Position numbers and translations under genes: made by a program. Positions 1 through 6,618 of a DNA stretch of 29,483 nucleotides are shown here, one piece after another. Origin of the DNA: a virus (Duplodnaviria; Caudoviricetes); IMG/VR virus record IMGVR_UViG_3300050150_000002, positions 1 to 29,483 of that record; one strand, given 5' to 3'. The notes under the pieces are model-generated. The model ran no database searches. It saw only the letters and a list, made by a program, of their open reading frames with translations, and was not told where the DNA came from. Position 1 is the stretch's first letter, and each line of letters opens with the position of its first letter.

Positions 1-135
1 CCCGCGTAGCAAGCTTCGTGCCAGCCCTCGCGCCCGCGTGTGGGTGCGGGCATGGGTGCATGGGGGTGTACGCGCTCGGAAGCATCGGACCTACCCCCAC
101 GCAAATGCCTAACAAATTTAGGTTCGGCTCCTTTG

Positions 136-3111
136 TTAAACTGCCATTCTAGTCATGCTCGTTGGAGCTACAGAGTAGGTGATACGCAACCTAGCCCCGC
201 CACCTACCGGGTAAAGCCCAGCAGTCAGCCCAGCAGTGACCCACGTACTGGTTCCTAGCTTGCCAGTCACCTCTACCAGACTGATAGCGCCACCAACAAT
301 AGCCACCAGCACATCATCTGACAACGGATTGTCATACGCTACGGTGGAAGCCGGTACAGAGATAGCCGTTTGCGTACGTTGGTTTTGTGTATAGCAGTTT
401 TGCCAAGTGATCCCACTGTTAGCTGCTGGAACAGCCCATCCACTAAATGACCAAAAGCACTTGTTGCCAATGATATTTGTCAACGACGCCCCGAATGTCG
501 GCGGCTTAGCGATATTGTAACTACCACCAAACTCGATATTCTGTACGCTCGTGCTAAATTGATGTGTGTATGCTCCTGAACTACCGATAGTACCACTACC
601 ACTGCCGCTATAATTGTCACCGGCGTCAACTACGACACAAGTGTCAGTTACCACATTGCCAGCCACAGTTGCTGTTACAACAGCCGGCCTACCATTTGGA
701 TTAGGAATAACCCATCGAGCAGTACCGTTAGTGTAACTACTACCACCAGCAGTTATTGATACAGCAGTAACAACGTTGCCAGCTACTGTGTAGTTGTACG
801 TAGCTCCTGAACCTGCAGCATATGGTGCCGGAACATTACAATACTGGTTTGGAGTACGAATCCAGTTAGGACTTACTTTGGTATTGATGTTATAGTAGTA
901 AAATCCAACCCACCCAGCAGGTACTTGTCCAAGCGTATATGCAGCCCCATCCCCGTCACTAACCATGTCCCCAGCATAGTCTCCTGGGTAGTACACAATG
1001 CCGTAAACTTGGTTATTAACCCCAGAGTTATGATGGCACCTCATGTTACGCCATAGCCCAGTAGATAGGTTAACCTGGCACACTGACATATCCACACCAC
1101 GCTGACCACCAACACCCTTGATATGGTACAGGTCCGTGTTATCCCACACATTTCCTAGCACTTTGATACACGCCCTACTAGCGGTGCCTGTGCTCATATC
1201 GTAAACTATGATATGTCCAATGTCACTGTCTATACCGCCGAGAAGCTGCATTCCTTCCTGGTTACCAACACCACGAACGTACTTAGCCGTGATGTTTTTC
1301 AGTCGCGTGCTTTTAAATGGCCCCATGTTAATAGGACTATTTGAACCTAGCAACACAGGCTGTCGGGTAAACATAAAAGTTATGTCGTGCACTTGAGACT
1401 CAACTACGTATCCTTTTGTGCTGGCTTCTCCTGATGAACTACCACCTAGCAAACTACCACCATTAGATGTGGCACCAGGTGCTGTACCATCAAATATCTG
1501 GCTAGTGGAAATTCCACAGTCAATAACCTCAATGTCGTGCATTTTGAGATTAGACAACTCAGTACTAGCCGGTGTGGTTATATACCAAGCTCCGGCTCCG
1601 CAGTTACGGATACGACCGTCATGGAAATAATTCTCACTATTACCTTGGTAGTCGATAGCTCCCAGACCATACCGCTTGCTATTAGACAAGTCGAAGTCAC
1701 TTATTGTAATGCGACGAGTGTTGTTAGACCAAGTAACAGGGCCGTCTGCGTGCCCGTTAAGCCAGTAAGACGGCCCATTACATGATCCGTTGACCAGTAG
1801 TCGTGGAACGTTAACGTCCCAGCAGCCAGTCACACCGTCGTAGTCGGAAAAATGCAAGCCGTTTCCAGACGAATTCCAGTTCACGAAGCCAGGAGCATCA
1901 ATGAACCGTCCAGACAACATCAGCCCTTCACAGACTGCGTTAAGGACTACTAAAGATGGAGCCCCGCCGTTGTATGTAGCTAGATCGACCTCAGAAAATA
2001 CCTCCCACCTAGCGGGAACGGAACTGAACACCGAGTTATTCCCGTCAACGTACCCGTTACCCACAAATACACCAGGATAACAGTAATGGCCTAGCGCATA
2101 ACTTGTACCCGTAACATAAGCTGCGGCAATAACAGCTACTGTTTGCCCGCCTATCTGTAGCGTTTCTCCCGGGGTAAAGGCAGATTGCAGAAATACCCCA
2201 GAATTCCGAGGATTAGTGACGGTGACATAGTTGGAATACACTCCAGTTAGCTGGGCAGTATGACCACTAGAGAGCCCAGTTACAGTACTTCCTACGACTA
2301 GCTGGCTAACATTACTAAACCCAGTTAGTTCGTTAATGTTTAAAATAAACTCACTGGCTGCTGATATCGGGGCGGAGTACCGAGTAGCAAACATCGGCCC
2401 AGCATTGAACAACTTAAACCCGCCGCCGGCTCCGGGAGACACCGAGGCCACAACTCCAGCATTATTGCGCAAGCCAATAGTAGTGACACCCCTTCCATTA
2501 CCCGTAAATGTAAGCACCTTGTTTACACTATCGATACTAGCGATAGCAACAGGAGCATTACCCCAAGCAGTAAGTCTATCGAGCGTGCCAACGCACACTG
2601 TCATACCAACCCGAAATTGACTTACATCGCTTACTTGCACAGATGATGCACCATTTGCTAGTGCCGCGGTAACGTCAACAACTACAGGAGGTGCCCTCTT
2701 TACTTTGGACTGGTTTAGGTTTACCGTCTGTCCGGCTTTTAGAAATCCAAACCCAGGATGCAAGACGTATGTGGAGTTTGACGACAGTACAAAAGTAGTA
2801 CCGGCTGGAGCCCCAGAGAATATGGAGTTCATCAAATCAAAATCTGTAGGCAAGTCTCCGCTCAGTGGTGCTACAGGAGTTAGACCACCTGACACCATAG
2901 CCCTCAATGAACTAACTTCAAAACACTGCAACTCCGACTTTCCTGAGCTACGAAGATAAGCTTGTTTTAAAGCGCTTTGCGAGGGCAGCCCCTCAAGTTC
3001 TGTAATCTCGGAGTAAGTTAGACTAGCTTTACTTTTAACAGCAACTAATGTATCCGGTGCGCTAGCACTGGTACGGATAATGTCGTTTTGTCCACTCAAA
3101 AGCAAAGTCAT
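136..3111 (-). CDS. Large beta-helical fibre/spike protein (putative polysaccharide-binding or depolymerase; candidate head-spike fibre)
   Basis: 991-aa ORF rich in G/N/S/T/V. It has a pectate-lyase-like beta-helix entry ('GTTFVLSSNSTYVL...GQTVNLNQSKVK'), rung-like segments ('GNGYVDGN', 'NSSGNGLHF', 'IRNCG') and a spike-type C-terminus ('GARLRITYSVAPT'). It lacks a T7 gp17-type N-terminal anchor. Its ATG overlaps the upstream stop (TAATG at 3109-3113). Confidence 0.75.
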   Translation of the reverse strand: MTLLLSGQNDIIRTSASAPDTLVAVKSKASLTYSEITELEGLPSQSALKQAYLRSSGKSELQCFEVSSLRAMVSGGLTPVAPLSGDLPTDFDLMNSIFSGAPAGTTFVLSSNSTYVLHPGFGFLKAGQTVNLNQSKVKRAPPVVVDVTAALANGASSVQVSDVSQFRVGMTVCVGTLDRLTAWGNAPVAIASIDSVNKVLTFTGNGRGVTTIGLRNNAGVVASVSPGAGGGFKLFNAGPMFATRYSAPISAASEFILNINELTGFSNVSQLVVGSTVTGLSSGHTAQLTGVYSNYVTVTNPRNSGVFLQSAFTPGETLQIGGQTVAVIAAAYVTGTSYALGHYCYPGVFVGNGYVDGNNSVFSSVPARWEVFSEVDLATYNGGAPSLVVLNAVCEGLMLSGRFIDAPGFVNWNSSGNGLHFSDYDGVTGCWDVNVPRLLVNGSCNGPSYWLNGHADGPVTWSNNTRRITISDFDLSNSKRYGLGAIDYQGNSENYFHDGRIRNCGAGAWYITTPASTELSNLKMHDIEVIDCGISTSQIFDGTAPGATSNGGSLLGGSSSGEASTKGYVVESQVHDITFMFTRQPVLLGSNSPINMGPFKSTRLKNITAKYVRGVGNQEGMQLLGGIDSDIGHIIVYDMSTGTASRACIKVLGNVWDNTDLYHIKGVGGQRGVDMSVCQVNLSTGLWRNMRCHHNSGVNNQVYGIVYYPGDYAGDMVSDGDGAAYTLGQVPAGWVGFYYYNINTKVSPNWIRTPNQYCNVPAPYAAGSGATYNYTVAGNVVTAVSITAGGSSYTNGTARWVIPNPNGRPAVVTATVAGNVVTDTCVVVDAGDNYSGSGSGTIGSSGAYTHQFSTSVQNIEFGGSYNIAKPPTFGASLTNIIGNKCFWSFSGWAVPAANSGITWQNCYTQNQRTQTAISVPASTVAYDNPLSDDVLVAIVGGAISLVEVTGKLGTSTWVTAGLTAGLYPVGGGARLRITYSVAPTSMTRMAV

Positions 3112-3359
3112 TACACAAGCCCCACAATGTTAGTCGCAGTAGTGGCTGCCCGAACCTTGGTTGCGACAATCCGCAACCATGTCCCAGCAGCCACACCATT
3201 AAATAGTAGAACAGTTCCGTCAAGCGTAGTCACACTGACATTACCAGCACCGCCAACCCACAGTCCACCCCAAGTTGGGGGCAACACAGTAGCATCGGAT
3301 GGGGTGACGGAAAACCCGTCAGTAAACACATTCCGTTCCTGCAAATCTTGGTTAGCCAT
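3111..3359 (-). CDS. Spike base protein resembling the RcGTA head-spike base (Rcc01079 family)
   Basis: 82 aa with the recognisable pattern F.VTPSD...L....GLWVGGAGNVSV....G..L.F.GV.AG..L.I....V.A.TTAT.IVGL. GGAGA SD upstream, and TAATG coupling at both ends. Confidence 0.8.
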   Translation of the reverse strand: MANQDLQERNVFTDGFSVTPSDATVLPPTWGGLWVGGAGNVSVTTLDGTVLLFNGVAAGTWLRIVATKVRAATTATNIVGLV

Positions 3360-3655
3360 TAGAGAATCTCCAAATCTGTGACTGCCCGAATCATACCGGC
3401 CCAGTCTTTAAATGTAGCTCCATGTCCTATATGCTCACCTGTATGGTCTTGCCATTGGTGAATCATTTCATGGAGAAGCGTAGCCTTGGCTAAGTCCGGT
3501 GTAGACAGGAGACTGCTGATAGTTATCTGACCACTCAGATACTCACCGCAGTGCGCTATGTCTACTACTACGAACCTGGGCATGGAGAGTAAACCACCAA
3601 ACAATTGCTTGTTGTATACTACCCACCACACCCGAAGCCAGCTACTATCGATCAA
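3359..3655 (-). CDS. SprT-like zinc metallopeptidase
   Basis: 'YNKQLFGGLL' N-terminal helix, 'TLLHEMIHQWQ' (HExxH) and 'GHGATFKDWA' (third His ligand) match SprT-like proteins. The likely start is TTG at 3655, overlapping the upstream TGA. The ORF track uses GTG at 3706. Confidence 0.8.
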   Translation of the reverse strand: MIDSSWLRVWWVVYNKQLFGGLLSMPRFVVVDIAHCGEYLSGQITISSLLSTPDLAKATLLHEMIHQWQDHTGEHIGHGATFKDWAGMIRAVTDLEIL

Positions 3656-3789
3656 TTCGACACGGCGCTCATGATGACGCTGACCACTTCCGGTGGGATA
3701 CCCCACACGGCTGCAGCTACCGACAGCACGAGAACCAATAGTGCCCTGCGCACTGCCTTGTTAGACAAGATACGAGTTAGAAGGAGCAT
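3652..3789 (-). CDS. Small hydrophobic membrane protein (45 aa), similar in character and position to T7 gp19.5
   Basis: Absent from the ORF track; translated by hand as MLLLTRILSNKAVRRALLVLVLSVAAAVWGIPPEVVSVIMSAVSN. The ATG overlaps the upstream TAA (TAATG) and the ORF exactly fills the gap to the SprT-like gene. Confidence 0.7.
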   Translation of the reverse strand: MLLLTRILSNKAVRRALLVLVLSVAAAVWGIPPEVVSVIMSAVSN

Positions 3790-4277
3790 TACGCCACCAC
3801 AATTGCCGCTGCTGCAAACGAAGCCAACAAGTTAGCACCGGCGTCTTGCAGCTTGTTGAGGCCGCTAGGCTGGGTGTAAGCGATGGTGTTGCCGTTAGTG
3901 AGTGCCACACCGTCATAACTCACTTGCACGGTAAGGCCAATGATTTCGACTTTGTTGATGACCCGCACAGGCGCGGTAACAAAGCTGGTCAGGTCAGGAA
4001 TGATCCTGGGGTCCAGAGGTTCGCTAGTCGTGATCACAACGGTGTTAACACCAAGCACCTGGTTCCGGGCAGTCACCGTAGGTACTGCCAGGTCACGCAA
4101 AGAAGCGATTGCTGTAGCGCACGCGGTGAAGAAGGCATGCAGTTTGGTAGCTGAGCCAGAAGTGCCACCGTTGCGGGCCGAGAAGATTTCGACCGAGCTG
4201 ATAGCTTTGGTAGCCTCAGACTGGAGACGGAAGCCCATGGACAATAGACCGGGGGAGGGGAGAGTTTCGATTCGCAT
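3789..4277 (-). CDS. Putative virion accessory protein with C-terminal Ig-like/SwmB-like beta domain
   Basis: 162 aa with a TAAGGA SD. The C-terminal half alternates beta strands and ends 'TIAYTQPSGLNKLQDAGANLLASF', resembling SwmB/Big-type repeats. Codon usage looks like the highly expressed structural genes. Confidence 0.6.
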   Translation of the reverse strand: MRIETLPSPGLLSMGFRLQSEATKAISSVEIFSARNGGTSGSATKLHAFFTACATAIASLRDLAVPTVTARNQVLGVNTVVITTSEPLDPRIIPDLTSFVTAPVRVINKVEIIGLTVQVSYDGVALTNGNTIAYTQPSGLNKLQDAGANLLASFAAAAIVVA

Positions 4278-4315
4278 AGCTTTCCTTAGTGCGAGAGGCC
4301 AATAGGCATGGCGGG

Positions 4316-6097
4316 TTAGCGGCGACGATGCCGCAGCGTGCTGACCCCAACACGGTTGTGTTGTGGGCCGTTCATGTTCAAACGTTTATGACCGAATGGG
4401 TCTTCCCGCAAGCGGGCGAGTTCCTTATCGCGCTCTATTTTAAGTTGAGCCTCTTGGTCCTGGGCAATGTGGGCAACAAACTGCCTAGTCATCCCTTCTA
4501 CAGCGTCAGCCCTGTCATCGTGCAGCAGAGCATCACGTTGTTCTGTGAGCTTAGCTATCTGGAAGAATAAGCTGTAGGACTGCCTAATACCAGCATTGTA
4601 GCGTTCGCAGCAAGTGCGATCCTCGTCAATCGCGGCAGCGTCAATGATCAACGATCCACGCCCCATTACTGGCGCGAGGGTGGCGATAATGCGCTTTTCT
4701 TTCTGGCCGGTAACCAGATCGTCATCTAGGCCCCCTGTGCAGAACCTCTTAAATATCGGGGTAAACACAGACCTAAACGCCCCGAAACCCATGTTCTTCT
4801 CAATCACGCACCGTTCAAGTGGAAAGCGACTAAGCCGTTTGGCCAAGTCCTCTAGCTTGAATTCCTCGTAACCACCAAAGATACCACCGACTGACAGAAG
4901 TATTACGTTACCGTTTAGGAAACCACCAACAGCGTAAGCTGTCTCGTCCCCATTAGCCCCACCCGCTGCTGGGTCGATATACGCTGTGATATTCTTGAGC
5001 TTACCCGTTTCCCGGCTAGTCTCTTGAGGGTCACGCATAACAAACGCATGGTCCGCGATAGAGTAATCCCTGTTGTGGGAGTTCTCCATTCCACGTATGA
5101 TGACCATGGGGTAGTGCAGGTTCGCCCCCCGGACCACTACGAGAAGCTCAGGTTTGAGCGGGTAGCGTTGCGCGTCCGAGAGACGAGTATTCAACATGTG
5201 TTGGAGTTGGAAGTAGGCTTCGCCCTGATCCCTCTCCTTCTTTTGCAACGCGTCCTCAGCCAGTAGCACCGTATCAATGGGCTGGCCTTGGTTACCAGTG
5301 AGGCCACCGCCTCTACCCAGGTCTGGATTGCTTGTAAGCCTGCGCAACAAGAGCGGGGCTAGACTTGACCCATAGTTAGCAAGTTGCTCCGGCGTCGGGT
5401 AGCGTCCTGGCCAGATGCGGATAGTCACACCACGAGACATTAGACTATTGTAAATAGAGTCCATTGTCTGTGGAGTACCAAGCCAAAGGATACGCCCCAT
5501 CGAGTTGATGGAGGTAAAGTCCTTGGTCAGGTGCAGAAGCTTAGCCCGTTGCGGCGGAGTGGCAGAGTTCTTAGTGGACTCAATATCGTCAGCGATTAGC
5601 AAGTCAGCCCGCTTACCCTGCAAGTTTGAGTCGATGCCAATACATGCCACGCTAGGGGACTTATCCAGGCCCTTGAGGCTGTGGTGAATGTCGAATGCAT
5701 CTGTAGCTGTGCGGTCGCCCGCCAACTTATCAGGCCGCATGCACTCAAGCACATCCATCGACATAACAACCCGGACGATAAGCGTGCTAATCTCATTAGC
5801 CTGTGTACCGCCCGCACTGATAATGAGCACCCGGTGAGCCGGGCTGTGCATGAGACACCATACTGCGAAAGCCGCAGCGATGGTGGTCTTAGCTTGCCCC
5901 CGCTGTGCCTGAACCATCAAGTACTGAGGGCCGTGCTCCATGTAGCCGCCAATGTCGTGCTGGATATCAGATGTACTGAAACCCAGTTCGATCATCACGT
6001 CTTCAAGAAACGTCCCAAAGCTCTTGTAGTGCTGCTGAAGCAAAGTAAGGCGTTTCCACCTTACCTCTGCGCCTAGTGTGTCTTCACGCGCTCGCAT
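4316..6097 (-). CDS. terL: Terminase large subunit (DNA maturase B)
   Basis: Walker A-like 'QAQRGQAKTT', Walker B 'LLIADDIE', 'LGTPQT', nuclease motifs 'YIDPAAGGANGDET' and 'HDDRADA'; T7 gp19-like size. Confidence 0.97.
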   Translation of the reverse strand: MRAREDTLGAEVRWKRLTLLQQHYKSFGTFLEDVMIELGFSTSDIQHDIGGYMEHGPQYLMVQAQRGQAKTTIAAAFAVWCLMHSPAHRVLIISAGGTQANEISTLIVRVVMSMDVLECMRPDKLAGDRTATDAFDIHHSLKGLDKSPSVACIGIDSNLQGKRADLLIADDIESTKNSATPPQRAKLLHLTKDFTSINSMGRILWLGTPQTMDSIYNSLMSRGVTIRIWPGRYPTPEQLANYGSSLAPLLLRRLTSNPDLGRGGGLTGNQGQPIDTVLLAEDALQKKERDQGEAYFQLQHMLNTRLSDAQRYPLKPELLVVVRGANLHYPMVIIRGMENSHNRDYSIADHAFVMRDPQETSRETGKLKNITAYIDPAAGGANGDETAYAVGGFLNGNVILLSVGGIFGGYEEFKLEDLAKRLSRFPLERCVIEKNMGFGAFRSVFTPIFKRFCTGGLDDDLVTGQKEKRIIATLAPVMGRGSLIIDAAAIDEDRTCCERYNAGIRQSYSLFFQIAKLTEQRDALLHDDRADAVEGMTRQFVAHIAQDQEAQLKIERDKELARLREDPFGHKRLNMNGPQHNRVGVSTLRHRRR

Positions 6098-6098
6098 G

Positions 6099-6422
6099 TC
6101 AGTTCATCGACATGTCACCGCCGAGGTGCTTGTTAGCAAAATCCTCAGCAGCTTCACGGAAGTTAAGATCGTCACGCGCACCTTGGCGCCGACGTTGAAG
6201 AAGTTTGCTCAATTCACTAAGCTCTTCATTCTTGGTTGGGTCAGCGGTGATGTTATTGTTCTTGAGCAAGGCGACAGCCACACCCCAGAAAGCGGCAGGG
6301 GCGGTAACCTTAACGGTCGATTCCCCAGACACAACATCAACACCCTCCTTAAGCAAACCGTTTAGGCCACGGGCCAGGGTACCATGTAGGTCACCAAGTT
6401 CTTGCTCTGTTGCCTTGCTCAT
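6099..6422 (-). CDS. terS: Terminase small subunit (DNA maturase A)
   Basis: 'KATEQELGDLHGTLA' and 'ALLKNNNITAD' are typical of T7 gp18-like proteins; directly precedes terL. ATG at 6422 overlaps the holin stop (ATGA); GTG at 6434 is an alternative start. Confidence 0.9.
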   Translation of the reverse strand: MSKATEQELGDLHGTLARGLNGLLKEGVDVVSGESTVKVTAPAAFWGVAVALLKNNNITADPTKNEELSELSKLLQRRRQGARDDLNFREAAEDFANKHLGGDMSMN

Positions 6423-6616
6423 TTCTTTAGCCACTCCATAAAACTTGCTAGTTTACTAAACAAGGACGGCAATTTGTCTAGGATCAGAACAATAGTCCAA
6501 GCTAGGGTTGCGAATAGTACCCAATCCGAAAGACCAACACCCCAGAACGTAAGGGTGCCGACACCGACGGTAGGTACTGATTTAAGAATTTCAAGACTTG
6601 CGTCGTGTCGGCTCAT
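6419..6616 (-). CDS. Holin
   Basis: 65 aa with hydrophobic segments ('VGVGTLTFWGVGLSDWVLFATLAWTIVLILDK') and a basic C-terminus; lies between tail fibre and terS as in T7-like phages. Confidence 0.85.
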   Translation of the reverse strand: MSRHDASLEILKSVPTVGVGTLTFWGVGLSDWVLFATLAWTIVLILDKLPSLFSKLASFMEWLKK

Positions 6617-6618
6617 AG

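Noticed and set aside
215-237. Tandem repeat AGCCCAGCAGT x2 (12-nt period)
   Set aside because: Only two units, encoding TAGL-TAGL inside the fibre gene; not an array.
6419-6616. Nested Rz/Rz1 spanin near holin or terminase genes
   Set aside because: No lipobox-containing or TM-plus-coiled-coil ORF could be identified by eye in this region.
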